Origin: Mobula hypostoma
Lineage: Eukaryota
Length of the DNA: 64,000 nt
Assembly: GCF_963921235.1 (NCBI RefSeq)
Contig: NC_086108.1
Coordinates: forward strand, 79,238,001 to 79,302,000
Reading direction: 5' to 3'
Below are positions 50,345 to 63,663 of this stretch, piece by piece (the stretch's first letter is position 1; each line of letters starts with the position of its first letter). The position numbers were made by a program, and so were the translations under genes. The notes under the pieces are model-generated. The model saw only the letters and a list, made by a program, of their open reading frames with translations. It was not told where the DNA came from and searched no databases.

Positions 50345-52380
50345 ACACTAAGAGCAAAGGATTTGATATGACCACTCAATGACAAAGGACGGAATATGTG
50401 CTTAGAGGCAGAGAATATGGGTGAGGCACCAAAGGAGTACTTTGCATCAGCATTTACCAGGGAGAAGGGCTTGGGGTATCGTGCGATCAGACCGGAGCGT
50501 ACTAATTTGCTAATGCATTTTGTGATAAGGAGGCATTGTTGGGCTTCATAAAAAACATTAAGGTGGATAAATCGCCACTACCCTGATGGGATATACCCAG
50601 ATTATTAAGATAAATAAAAGATGAAATTGCTGTGGCCTTGACCAATATCTTCATGTCGTCCCTGACCATAGGCGTGGTTGTGGAAAACTGGCTGATGTTA
50701 TTCCATTATTCAAAAAGGGAATTAGGAATAACCCTGGAAACAACAGATTTGCAAGCTTCATATGAGTGGTAGGGGAGTTACTGGAGAGAATTCTTAGGGA
50801 TAGGTGTTATGACCATTTGGAAAATTGTGGCCCGTTTAGGGACAGAGGGCATGGCTTTGTGCGGGCCAAATCATGTCAGACTAACGATTGATTTTTGAGG
50901 TGACGAAGGTAGATCTGTGGATGTTGTCTACAAAAGGTGTTTCTTAAGATCCCCCCTTGAGGCTCATCCAGAAGATTAAGATGCTTGGGATCCTTGGTGA
51001 ATTGGCTGTTTGGATTCAAAATTGGCTTACCCAAAGAAGACAGAGTAGTGATTGATAGGACTTATTCTGGCTGGAGGTCTGTGATGAGTGGTATTCCGCA
51101 GGAATTCAGACTGGGACCTCTGCTATTTGTTAGATATACAAGGGGTAATTGATAAGTTCGTGGCCTAAGGTAGAAGGAGTCAATTTTAGAAAACCTAGCA
51201 CATTTATTTTTCCTACATTTACACACTTAGTCCAGCAGTCGTGGAGCATACGGATCCCTTCTTTGTAGAAGTCGCCGTCTTGGACCTCCAGAAAGTGGTC
51301 CACAGCAGGGGTGATTGATAAGTTTGTGGCCTAAGGTAGAAGGAGATGAGTTATTAACTTCAAACTTCCTGCATTTTCACTCAAAGAGTTGAACTGAATG
51401 TGCATGTAGCAAGAGCTGTATAACTCATCTCCTTCTACCCTAGGCCACAAACTTATCAATGACCCCTGCTGTGGACCACCTGGAGGTCCAAGACGCTCTC
51501 GTTACATGCACGTGCAGTTCAACTCTTTGAGTGAAAATGCAGAAAGTTTGAAGTTAATAACTCATCTCCTTCTACCTTAGGCCACAAACTTATCAATCAC
51601 CCCTCGTGTAAATAATGTGGATGAAATGTAGATGGGTAAGTTAGTAAGTTTGCAGACGATCACAAAGATTGATCGCGTTGTGGATAGCATAGGTGACTGT
51701 CAAAGGATACAATGGGATACAGGTGGGTTGCAGGTATGGGGGGAGAAATGGCAGATGGAGTTTGACCCCACTAAATGTGAAGTGTTGCAGATTAGGTGAT
51801 CAAATATAAAGAGACAGTACACTGTTAATGGAAGGACCATAAGAGTGTTGATGTACAGAGAGATTTTGGGATCCAAGTTCACAGCTTCCTGAAAGTGACC
51901 ACACAGGTGGAAGGGGTGATAACGAAGGCATATGGCATGTTTGCCTTTATTAGTTGAGGAAATGAGTTCTAAGAGTCGGGGAGTTATGTTGTAACTTTAT
52001 AAACCTCCAGTTATGCTTCATCTGGTGTATGGCATATAGTTCTGGTTGTCCCATTATAGAAAGAGTGTCGAAGCTTTGGAGAGGGTGCAGAAGGGGTTTA
52101 CTGGGATGCTGTCTGGGTTAGAAGACATATACTATAAGGAGAGATTGGACAACTTGGGTCGTTTTCTCTGGAGCAGTGGATGCTGAGGGGAGATCTGATA
52201 GAGGTTTATAAAATTATAAGATACATAGATATAGTAGACAGCCAATATCTTTTACCCAGGGTTGAAATATCTAATACCAGAGGGCATGCATTTAAGCTGA
52301 GAAAGGATAGTTCAAAGGAAATGTGCTGGACAATTATTCTGCAGAATAAGTGGTGAACCTGGAATGCGCTGCCAGGGTTG
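50345..52380 (+). mobile_element. decayed CR1 LINE ORF2, interrupted by a mariner MITE
   Basis: PDGIYPRLL, SGIPQ, KFADD near 51645, WQMEFDP and LERVQK fragments. Confidence 0.8.
51139..51606. mobile_element. mariner-derived MITE with internal inverted duplications
   Basis: TA at 51137-51138; TIR-like C(G/A)AGGGGT(G/A)ATTGATAAGT in four copies; transposase end FYKEGIRMLHDCWTKCVNVG on minus at about 51205-51272. Confidence 0.85.
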
Positions 52381-52479
52381 ATGGTTCAAATGCCTGAGTA
52401 GAAAAGGGAGTAGTGGGTCATGGCAGCTTAATAGGCCTTTGACCTGCAACGAATCCGGACATCGGAAGTTGAGACCCCA

Positions 52480-52685
52480 TCTGGCACCGACAACCATTCC
52501 ACGGTCAAGGTCACTTAGAACACATTTCTACCTCATTCTGATGTTTGGTCTGAACAACAACTGAACCCCTTGACCATGTCTGCATGCTTTTATGCATTGA
52601 GTTGATGCCATATGATTGGCTGATTAAATATTTACGTTAACTAGCAGGTGTACATGTGTACCCATTAAAGTAGCCTTTGAGTGTA
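52480..52685. mobile_element. Tc1-like non-autonomous element, one end only
   Basis: Ends gtgtacccattaaagtagcctttgagtgTA, like the Tc1 TIR gtacctaataaagtggccactgagtgTA. Confidence 0.55.
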
Positions 52686-52859
52686 GGTTAACCTTGTTAA
52701 ACTGGAGTTTTCTTTGCTAATGCTCCAGGGATATGAAGTACACCCACCCCCAACTGATTATCAAAATTCATCAAGACCGTCGCAAAAGATAGTTCTCAGT
52801 GCCCGTTTGAGATTCCTGAGTCATTGACAAATAATGATCTTAACCGATGAAATATGGCA

Positions 52860-53085
52860 GCCCAGTCTTTGGTTTGTTTTTTTTAGCGTAGGGGGTAAAA
52901 ACTTTTTTTTTGGAATCTTTTTCATGTTCAGTTATAAAGAGATTGGGAGGTTTAAATTAAATATGTTACTCGGAGTCTGTGTCTGTATATGTTAACTGTT
53001 ATTAATGTAATCCCGAACTCTTTGTATCATTATCATTGTTATGGTTATCAATTTAAAACTTAATAAAAAAGATTAAAAAAGAAAA
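52860..53085 (+). mobile_element. L1/Tx1-like 3' UTR with A-rich tail
   Basis: T-rich UTR, AATAAA, then aaagattaaaaaagaaaag; no ORF support. Confidence 0.4.
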
Positions 53086-54349
53086 GGAAGAGATTCCAGA
53101 AACCTTTCACTGTGGGCTAGTTTTGTCACATGCTTTCAAAAGTTTTAAACATCCATTTGTCTTTTTTCTTTAGGACCTAGCATTTCAACCAGAGCTATAG
53201 GCAGAGAGTTGCAAAAGGAATGGCTTATTTTTTTCCATATTTGTCTGCCTCTGCAGTGCTTTACACAGTTCACAGCTTGTCCATTCCCATTCTTCCAATA
53301 TTGAGATAAACCAGAGTATTAATCCCGAGCACTCGAATTCAGCCGCTCTCAGTTTTTCAGTTCGCCTGCTCTCTCTATTACCTTGGGCTGGGGTGCACTT
53401 CATTTCTTCCAGTGTTCTCCAGAGTATGTGTTTAATAGGACATTGCTTCTCATTAGTGTGCCTTGCCTGAAATTGGGCCTCTGAGTGTCTCATTCCATTA
53501 TTGTATCCACACTCAACTACAGTATCCAAAGCAGTTATTTTAATGTTAATTGTGAGTTCATTCTTTTATTATGTTGTTCTCTGTGGTGTAGATACCAATC
53601 CATCTTCATTCATCGATGTTCTATTAAAATTAAACTATGTTCGAGGTCCATCTCTGGGAGCATTTGAGAGGTGGATTTCCTTGCCTCTGAACAGACTATC
53701 ACATGCACTTCTCTATGTCAGCCATATTCTGTTTGCCTCTGCAAGTTGGGGCCACATGTCAAATTTCATTATGGTTACAGCAACAATTGGGTTAAATGGG
53801 CAGATAGAAACTCTATGGTTTCCTTGATATCAGTGGCCATGCTCCTTCCTTTAGCAATCATACAACTTACAGTTTTCCTGCCCTCAAAAGAACGCTAGAA
53901 AGAGAACATTCGACCCATACCATTATTGAGGGTTATTCCCACCAACCAGCACCAGGTATGTATCCCTATCCAAGTGCTGCCTAACTGTGATGCTGGTTTC
54001 TGACCCTAATATCCTTTCAGATGACAATTTATCTATTGCTATTATACTCTAAATGAAAAAGTGTTCCCTTATTATACTCTAATACTTTTGCTAATTGATT
54101 GAACTCTGTAGCTACTTGCTTTTGACCCATTTGCTGAAGGAAATAGGTCATGCCTTTTTCCTCTAGGCTCTGAGAAGTCCTGAAACAGATGTGAAAGGTG
54201 CCACATAAATTCATATATTTCTCTATATTCTCCAATCTTTACCACATAGTACAAGGGTGCTCTCCTATCTACTAGGAATACCAAGGATTATTCTAAATTA
54301 AAATTTTAGATTCAAATCCATTTTATAATCACCTGCCAGGCAACTGAGA

Positions 54350-54965
54350 AGATACACAAAATTCTGGAGGAACTCAACAGGTCAGACAACATCTAAAGGA
54401 GGGGAATAAACAGTCGGTGTTTTGGGCCAAGTCTCTTCATCAGGCCTGCCTGCCACTTCCTTTCCAGTCCTGATGAAACGTCTCAACCCGAAACATCTAC
54501 TATTTATTCTCCTCCATAGATGTTGTCTGAATTCCTCCAGTACTTTTTGTGTGTTGCTCAAGATCTCCAGCATCTGTAAAACCTTTTTTTGACTATGATT
54601 ACTGGCAAAGTGCAAAGGCCTCTAATTATAAACATAAGAGATTCTGCAGAATATAAAGGTGGGGTGGGGGGGGAAGAAGAAGTAAAAGCTGGCAGGTGAT
54701 TGGTGAAACAAGATGAAGGGGAAGTTGGATGGTTGGTGGAAAGGGGATGAAGTAACAAGATGGGAGGTGATAGGTAGAAAGGGTAAAGATCTGAAGAAGA
54801 AGGAATTTGATAACAGAGGACTGTGGACCATAGGAGAAAGGGAGGGAGGAGAGGCACCAGAGGGAGATGATGGGCAGGTGAGGAGAACTGAAGGGGTAAG
54901 AGGGGAGCCAGAACAGGGAATAGAATGGGGATGAGGAAAAAGTTCCCAGAAGTTAGAGAAATCAA
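54350..54965. mobile_element. old Penelope-like remnants including an inverted pair (54350-54580)
   Basis: Degenerate CTGATGA...GAAAC motifs in opposite orientation at about 54410-54445 and 54465-54500; DFSNF on minus near 54950. Confidence 0.7.
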
Positions 54966-55904
54966 AGAACCCTGATTCATGTTTCAATCTTACCACTTTC
55001 ATCCTTTTTAATGCACAATTCATCCAGTTCATTAGTTGAAATTTGAAAACATGAAACATTTTCAAATGTATTTTAATTAATTGTTTTACTTTGAATGAAA
55101 TGGATTAGATAGGTGAAGGCCCTCTCAGCACCTAACTTAGCTGTATTTTATTTTTTAACCATATAGTTGCCAGTTGTAAGGTAGTTGTGCCACTGTTCTT
55201 ACTTCCAAAAGATAACTACTGAAAGTCTCTTTCAGGGAAGCTCTCTCTTCACTGCCATTTTTAAGATTAAACATTATTTTCTTGTAGTGCGCATTACTCT
55301 TGGTTGACCAATAAGACTACTTCTTTCAGCCTTGTGATATTTATAGCTTCCATCATCCATATTCATTGAAGTTAACATATTTGTGCCAATTGTTCTTATG
55401 CTTAACAACTTTCCTGTCTATATGTTCGATTGCCTCTGTGAGTACCTGTAATAAATAATGTGCTTTGAAAAATACTTTTCACATCCTTTATTTTTAAGCA
55501 ACTTTTTTGGGATTGTAAAATGGCCAGTAACTTTTCACAGAACTATATTAATTCTTTAACTGTGTTGAAAAATACCATTCAAAAGTCTTACCAACGAGTA
55601 AGACATTTGATTTACTTGTCTAATTTCAGCCCTGTTGGTTTGTGCTGAAATAATACAACAGCATTCCATGTGTCTTTCCAACCACTGCCAGTCCTCAAAT
55701 GTAGAAGTAATTCTATTCTGCACTAAGGAACAAAGTAGCAGCTTCCCGCCATGCACAGATTCGTATTTCAGATGTCTCACCTGAGTCTCCTTTAAATTCT
55801 TGATGATAAGCTCCCACTACCTATTAAATGCTCCCAATGGCTTAGCTACTAAGCCTGGCAGAATCATTCTACTGACAGGAGAAGGGGTAAAGACAGGTTA
55901 CTGG

Positions 55905-56102
55905 TGTAATGTATGGATCTATTTCTTTTAGAGTAATGAACCACCCCCCACCCAGCATGACATATTGATCTGTTGTCTACGCATATGCATTGTTCTCTCT
56001 CTCTCTCTCTCTGTCTCACTATAATGTGAATATACCAGTTAAAGCCATCTCTCATGTGCATGCTTTTATTTAATTGATATGCAGTTGTGCACAGACACAA
56101 CA
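55905..56102 (+). repeat. 5' LTR
   Basis: TG...CA, homologous to 60079-60270. Confidence 0.85.
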
Positions 56103-59100
56103 AATTGGCAACAAGTACGACCCTGAATGTCAGGAAATATCACAACTGCACCGACTGTTATGGGACAAAACAGCAAGAGTTAAATAGCACGAGAAAACTG
56201 AAGGACCCGTGAATAATAGTGAAAGATGCACGCTGAATTTAAAGTGAAAATAATGTGGTGATGGCTTCATTCGGGAAAGTTGACAAATTTGATAGTGCTA
56301 ATGAAGACAGGGAGTCATGTATTGAGAGGGTTAAACTGTATCATAACGCAAACAGCGAGGAGGAGCAAAACAAAGCCAATGCACTTCTTAGCTTAATGAG
56401 TATAGGGATGTACGGTCTATTATTCAACCTAGTAACCCCTGAAAAGCCAGCAAGCAAAACGTTCACCGAAAATGTTATGATTTTACTAAATCCCTTGAGC
56501 CCTAAACCGCTGGTAATAGCTGAGAGATTTAGATTTTACAAAAAAGACCAGTCAAAAGATGAAAGCCTTTCTGAATATGTTGCAGAAATGCACAAACTTT
56601 CCCAGTACTGTGACTTTAGAGATGGACTTTCTGATCCATCCAGTAAGGGACAGGCTTGTCAAAGCACTCAAACGAGGCTACTGGCAGAAAGACACCTAAC
56701 CTTAGAATGGGCTTTGACCATTGCAATATCATTAGAGACTGCAGCAAAGGATGCAGCAGAACCATAGCTACTTAAAATGTGGAATGCACAAAATATACCT
56801 GAATGGTGTAAAGAGCCAAAAATGTTACTGATGTGGCAAGATTCAGAGTCAAGGTCATATAGAGAGCATGTGCAAAGCAGACAAAAAGCACAACCATCTG
56901 AAGTCTCAAACATAAAACTAAACAAATGCATAAAGTTACCGAACATAAAACGGAATCAGATAATATAGAGGCTGACAAAGGTGAACTGTCATGCCTAGAA
57001 CTGCATAGTATACCTGAAGCAGATCACATTAGATGCCCAATGTAAAACTGAAAATAGAGCTGGATACAGGGTCAGTATGGTCCATAATTCCAGAGGCTGA
57101 CTACAACAGACTGTTTTCTAAGATACCGTCAGAGAAGACCTCCGTGATGCTAAGACTTACACAGGTGAAAAAGTGTCTCCCAAAGGCAAACTGAAAGTAA
57201 GTGTGACATATGGAGGCAAAACACAATAATTAGAACTTTATGTATTGAAAAGTGGAGGGCCAGCGCTTTTTGGATGTGGATGGTTGTGAAAAATCCATCT
57301 AGACAGGCTCTCAATCAAAGCTTCCAGTGTGACATCCGCAGGCGATGGCATCCCAAATAGAAGCACTAACCAGAGACTGGCACAGCTGCTCAATGCTAAT
57401 GAGGATGTGTTTGAGAAGGGGATTGGTAAACTCAAGGGCATGAAGATCAGATTTGAACCGGATGGAACAGCAACATTAGGATTCCATAAAGCGGGTCCAG
57501 TGCCTTACACACTACAACCTAAACTGGATGCTGAACTGCAGAGCTTGGAGGTGTCTGGAATTCCTTCCAAGGTTGAGTGGAGCGATTAGGCCACGCCCAT
57601 TGTCCTGGTGATCAAGAAAGTGAAGGCAGGAGCTGTTTGCGTATGTGGGGATTTCAAGCTGAGCATCGACCCAGTGCTGTGTACTGTGCACAATCCCCTG
57701 CCATGAATAGAAGACACCTTTGGATCTTTGGCAGGCAGGGAGAGGTTTCCCAACATTGATTTGTCACAAGCTTGTCTGCAAATTGAGAGGTCAAGAAGGA
57801 AGTTCCTTACAAACACCACTCCAGTAAATTGTCTCTGGCGTCGTGTCAGCTCCAGCAATTTGGTAAAGAGCAAAGGACCAAGTGCTCCAAGATATCCCAG
57901 GAACAGAATGTTACCTTGATGACATGATTGTGACTGGCCAGAATGATGAAGAGCACCTCTGGAATCTTGGTAAAATGCTTACCAGACTGAGTGAGTATGG
58001 TCTGCACGCAAAGAGAGAGAAATGTGAGTTTTTCAAGAATAACATCTCTTGGACCTTGTAAACTACTACCACCAGTTTCTCCCAAACATTGCATCCATTG
58101 AATGCACTGGTACAGACAGGAGAAAAGTGGGAATGGTCAGAAAGATGTGAAAGAGCATTCAGGGAAACAAAGAGACTAATAACATCCGATGAACTGCTCA
58201 CCCATTATGACCCATCCCTGCTCATCAGACTGGTGTTCGATGCGTCTCCTTATGTCATGGGAATCATTCTGTCACATGTTATGAAAGACGGATCTGAACG
58301 CCCAGTTGCATTTGCTGACAAGCGCAGAACGCAACCATGTATAAATTGACTGAGAGGCCCTTAGTCTAGTATGGGAAATAAAGAAGTTTTGCCACTACCT
58401 CTACGGACAATGGTTTATGCTACTGACAGATCACCAGCCCCTTGTGTCCATTTTCAATCCCAGGAAAGGAATTCCAGTGATGACTGCTACCCAGTTACAA
58501 TGTTGGGCACTGTTCCTAGGCGCCCACTCTAATGACATAGAGTTGAAGGATACCAAACAACACAGCAATGTTGATGACTTGGCATGTCTTCCACTACTGG
58601 CAACTGAAGAAGAAAAGTCTTCATACTGTGACTGAGCAGAAGGGTTCCACACAGCGTTCATGGACCAGTTGCCGGTAACAAATTCTGATATACGTAGGGA
58701 AACAAGGAATGATCTGACATTGTCAAAAGTCTATGAAGCCACCATGCAAGGATGGCCAGCTCATGGTAACTCTATGTTTCCAGCGTTCTTAGCAAGATGA
58801 GACCAATTATCAGTATGTCAAAGAACGCTGATGTATGGATCCTGTGTTATGGTTCCCTCTAAACTGCACACCAGAGTGTTAGAAAATCTGCATGAAGGAC
58901 ACCTGGGTACAGTCAAGATAACAAGTCTTGCCCAGAGCCACGTGTGGTGGCCAGGAATATATAAACAGATTGAAGACTTGGGCAAAAGCTGTTTGGGATG
59001 CCAAAGAGTTCAAAATGTACCCCCACAGGCAGTGTAACACCCAAGGGATTGACTGTCATCACCATGGGAAAGAGTACACATTGCCTTTGCTGGGCCATTC

Positions 59101-60078
59101 ATGAACTCTGTTTCTGATTGCTGCGGATGCTCATTTGAAGTGGCCGGAGGTTATACCAATGAAGTCAACTACCTCAGCAAAAACTATCTTGGCTCTGAGG
59201 ACTATCTTTGCCAGAAATAGCTTACCAGAACAGATTTTGAGTGACAACAGACCACAATACATGCCAGAAGAATTCCGACTGTTCAGGAAGAAAAATGGCT
59301 TCAGACATTTTAAGTCAGCTTCTCATCACCCAGCAACAAATTGGCTAGCTGAAAGGTTTATCCAAACCTTCAAGAAGTTCATTAACACAATGGGCAAGCA
59401 GCACATATCTCATCGACAGCATAAGCTGGACAACTTCCTTTTTGTGTATTGGAATTGTGTTCTTGCAATGATAAAGCAAACACCTGCAATGCTGTTCATG
59501 AACTGGAATCTGAGGTCTCACATAGACCTCCTGAAACCAGATCTACGGAGGGAAGTGCAGAATAAACAGTTCTGCCAGTTGTCAAGTGAAGCAGCAAGGA
59601 GCTTCGAGATTGGACAGGATGTCCTAACACGTTTTTACTGAGAAGGCAAGTGGACACCCAGTAGGTTAGCTACAAGAACTGGATCACTGATGTCCGCAGT
59701 GGATGTTGGAGATCAGGCACGGAGATGTCATGTGTATCAGATACTGGATGCTCAACTGAAGAACACATCAGAGTCGACTGCATCCAACAAGATGGACACA
59801 TTACAGTCACTCGACTTATCTCTCAGTGATGATGTCACTGTCAGTGACATGACACCGGAAGCCGAGAACGTTGTCTTAGACAAAATACCTACCAAACCTG
59901 ATGCCACTCCATGGGTCCAGAGGCGCTATCCTGAAAGAAACAGAGTACCACCCAGAAGACTGAATCTTTAGAATTCAGTCTAAAGAAGTTAGTTATGGGC
60001 TGTTAGTGAAGTTAGTTATGGACTGTTATTGTCAAAGCATGTTTAGTTGGAATATGGGTTTGCGGAAGGGAAATTGAA

Positions 60079-60270
60079 TGTTTTGTATGCCTTTTAGAGA
60101 AATAACATCCTCATTACCACTACATGTTGATATGATGTCTGCGCATGTGCTGTTGTCTACGCATGCGCATTGTTCTCTCTCTCTCACTGCAATGTGAATA
60201 CACCAGTTAAAGCCATCTCCCCTGTGCATGCTTTTATTTAATATATATGTAGTTGTGCACAGACAGGACA
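60079..60270 (+). repeat. 3' LTR
   Basis: TG...CA, follows the PPT, followed by the TSD. Confidence 0.85.
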
Positions 60271-60744
60271 ACTGGCACCTTAAAACCAACCACTTTGGAC
60301 AGATGGGGCTCATCAGCTGTGGTTGGCAGCTCATCTAAGAAAACAAAAATTCTGATCTCGAACCTCTGCTGCCTTGTGGCTATACATTCGTGGGGAAGGC
60401 TTCAGGGGTGAATCCTGAGGAAAAGCCCAGCGCTGGAGTCCCTAGGGTAGTCCTATGTTAAGTTCAATGCTTACTGGCAACTTCTGTGACGCCACTCTGG
60501 CCAAACTGTATCGGTGTCTGCTGTTCCTTTTGGATTCATCAGCTGTGTGGAGAGGGGGAGACTGTTATATGAACAACACCTTTCTCTCCATATTGTACTG
60601 CCCTGGCTGGCAGGTGAGAAGATTACAACAACAGTGAAAAATCACTAAAAGATCAGAAAAATAAAAACAGTTAATAAGACATGCAAAAGTTATATCGAAG
60701 AAGTCAAAAATCACACTAAGTGAGCATTCCTACAGAAAATCTGC

Positions 60745-63640
60745 GCTTTTGATAATCAGGAACATGTCAGATGAATTAAATCTGTACTTTATATCAATTG
60801 TCACTATTGAGAAAATTATAATGAGCAGGAAAGAAGTACTAAACAAATTGTTGGGGCTGGAGGCTGACAATCCTTTGGGTTTGGGTGGAATTCCTTCTCA
60901 TGTTCTCAAAATGGATGGTGAAATAGTTAATAATAATAGTTAGTGTATTGTTTTAAGTTTTTAATAGTTCCATTAAATTGAAAAATAACTAGCATAACTC
61001 CTTTATATGCTATATTACAGACCAGTTAGCTTAGCATCTGCTATTGGGAAAATGTTCAAAGCTTTTCTTAAGGACATAACAGCAGGGCACTTATAAAACA
61101 AAATCCATGGATGTACTATGCCTGGTTTATCAGAAGGCTTTTGATAAGGTGCCACATGAAAGGTGTTGCTGAAAAGTTCGTGGTATAGGAGGTTACACAT
61201 TGTCCCTGTACCTATAAAGACCAAGGTAACATGTCTGAACGACTGACATCCTGTTGCACTCACCTCAATAATAAGCAAATGCTTTGAGAGGCTGGTCAAG
61301 GACTACATCTGCAGCTTGCTACCACCCAAACTGGACTCCCTACAATTCATCTACTGACACAACTGATCAAAGGACGACCGAGTAGCCCTAGCTCTACGCA
61401 CTGTCCTTGCACATCTGGGGAAGGGGGATGCTTATGTGAGAATGCTGTTCTTGGACTACAGTTCAGCATTCAACACCATAATTCCCTCCAGGCTCGTCAA
61501 GAAGGTCAGAGACCTCGGCCTTCACCCTGCCTTGTGTACCTGGATCCTGGATTACCTGTCAGATCACCAGCAGGTGGTAAGAGTGGGCTCCCTCACCTCC
61601 AACCCTCTGACTCTCAACACAGGTGCCCCTCAGGGCTGTGTACTAAGCCTCACCTTTACTCTCTGTCCACCCATGACTCTGATGCCAACCACAGCTCCAA
61701 TCTGCCAATTAAATTTGCTGATGACACTACACTGATTGGCCTAATCTCAAATAATAATGAGGCAGCCTACAGAGAGGAAGTCATCACCCTGACCCAGTGG
61801 AATCCAGAAAACAACCCCTCCCTCAATGTTGTAAAAACAAAGGAGCTGGTTGTGGACTACAGGAGGAATGGAGACAGGCTAACACCTATAGACCTCAATG
61901 GATCTGGGGTTAAGAGGGTGAACAGCTTTAAGTTCCTTGGCATAAACATCACTGAAGATCTCACATGGTCTGTACATACTGGCTATGTGGTGAAAAAAGC
62001 ACAACAGCGCCTCTTTCACCTTGAACAGTTGAAGAAGTTTGATATGGGCCCCCAAATCCTAAGAACTTTCTACAGGGGCACAATTGAGAGCATCCTGACT
62101 AGCTGCATTACTGCCTGGTATGGGAACTGTATTTCCTCAATCGCAGGACTCTGCAGAGAGTGGTGCAGACAGCCCAGTGCATTTGTAGACGTGAATTTCC
62201 CACTATTTAGGACATTAACAAAGACAGGTGTATAAAAAGGGCCCGAAGGATCATTGGAGACCCTTGTCACCCCAACCACAAACTGTTCCAGCTGCTACCA
62301 TCTGGGAAATGGTACCACTGCATAAAAGTCAGCACCAACAGGTTCCAGGACAGCTTCTTCCACCAGGCCTTCAGACTGCTTAATTCATGCTGACGCATGT
62401 AACATAAAGATTTTTACTCCACATGTATATAAAGGATGTAAGTAATAAAGTCAATTCAATTCAGAAGATCTATCAGTAAACAAAGATTAGGAATAAATGG
62501 ATCTTTATTTGGTTGGTAAGATGTAATGGTTGATGTGTTACAGATATCAGTGTTAGGGTCTCAACATTTTACAATTTATACAAAATACTGCTCCAATTCT
62601 TTTTAGGAAAAATTGAAGAAGAATCATATGGTAGAAATGGCAAGAAACTGATGCGCTCTGAGATAGGTAATCTGGATGTCTTTGTAGAGGATTCATATCA
62701 GGCTACTGAGCGGGTACAGCAAATAGTTACGAAAGCTAACATAGTTATTATTTATTGCTTGGGGGAATTCAATAAAAATAAAAAAGTTAATGCTTCAGAA
62801 ATACCGCAAGTCATTGGTGAGACCACATCTGAACTACACTGTCTAGAATTGATCTCAATATTGGAATCAGAATCAGGTTTGTTATCACTGTCTTATATGA
62901 CATAAATGTTGTTTTGCGGCAGCAGTACAGTGCAAAAACATAAAATTACTATAAATTACAAAATAATTAAATAGTGCAAATAAAAGGAAGAACGAGGTTG
63001 TGTTCATGGATTTGTGAACTGTTCAGAAATCTGATGACGAAGGGCAAGAAGCCATTCCTGAATCACTATGTGTGGGTCTTCAGGTTCCTGAAAGTAGTAC
63101 CAAGAAAACAGATAGTGAGCGATCTTAATGATGGATGCTACCATCTTGATGAAATACCTCTTGAAGATGCCCTCAATGGTGGGGACGGTTGTGCCTATGA
63201 AGGAGCGGGCTAAGTCTATAATCTTCTGCAAACATTTCTGATCCCATGAAGCAATCAGACAGAATGTTCTCCACTGCACATCAATGGAAATTTGCAAGAA
63301 ATACCAAATCTCCTCAATCTTCTAATGAAATAGAGTCACTAGCATGTCTTCTTTATTTTATTTTCTCATCTAAGGATTTATATGTACTGGGAGAAGTTCA
63401 AAGACAACTCAGAGAATGGGCATATTGTCTCATTAGGAAAGATGGACACACTGATGGAGTTTAGAATAATGTGGGGTGCCTGTTTGAGACCTATAAGACC
63501 TCAAAGGATTTTGATATCATGGTTATGGAAAGAATGCTGTGGTAGAACCTAGAACTAGAGATCGCTGTTTAAACATAAAGTATTATCTATTTTTAGGCAA
63601 AGAAAGCATGATTTTTTTTTCTCTATGGAAGTATCATGAA
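60745..63640 (+). mobile_element. very old CR1 fragments hosting younger Rex1/Babar insertions (including a minus piece at 62865-63345)
   Basis: MSDELNLYFISIVT, AFDKVPH at about 61140, RPHL-like at about 62820. Confidence 0.6.
61197..62462 (+). mobile_element. Rex1/Babar-type LINE RT to 3' end
   Basis: LDYSSAFNTI, GAPQGCVLS, KFADD, FYRGTIESILT; AATAAA and (caatt)n tail. Confidence 0.88.
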
Positions 63641-63663
63641 TCTTTAAGACTGTCTTATAAAAA

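Larger units (their letters stand above)
55905..60270 (+). mobile_element. Gypsy LTR retrotransposon, both LTRs present, coding region decayed
   Basis: TSD ACTGG 55900-55904 / 60271-60275; PBS-like ttggcaacaag after the 5' LTR; gag 56255-56767; protease LDTG near 57060; RT YLDD near 57910; RNaseH DASP; integrase HEGHLG...WWPG, SDN; PPT ggaagggaa. Confidence 0.93.

Noticed and set aside
59985..60030. 23-bp tandem duplication
   Set aside because: Two copies inside a Gypsy 3' UTR; not an array
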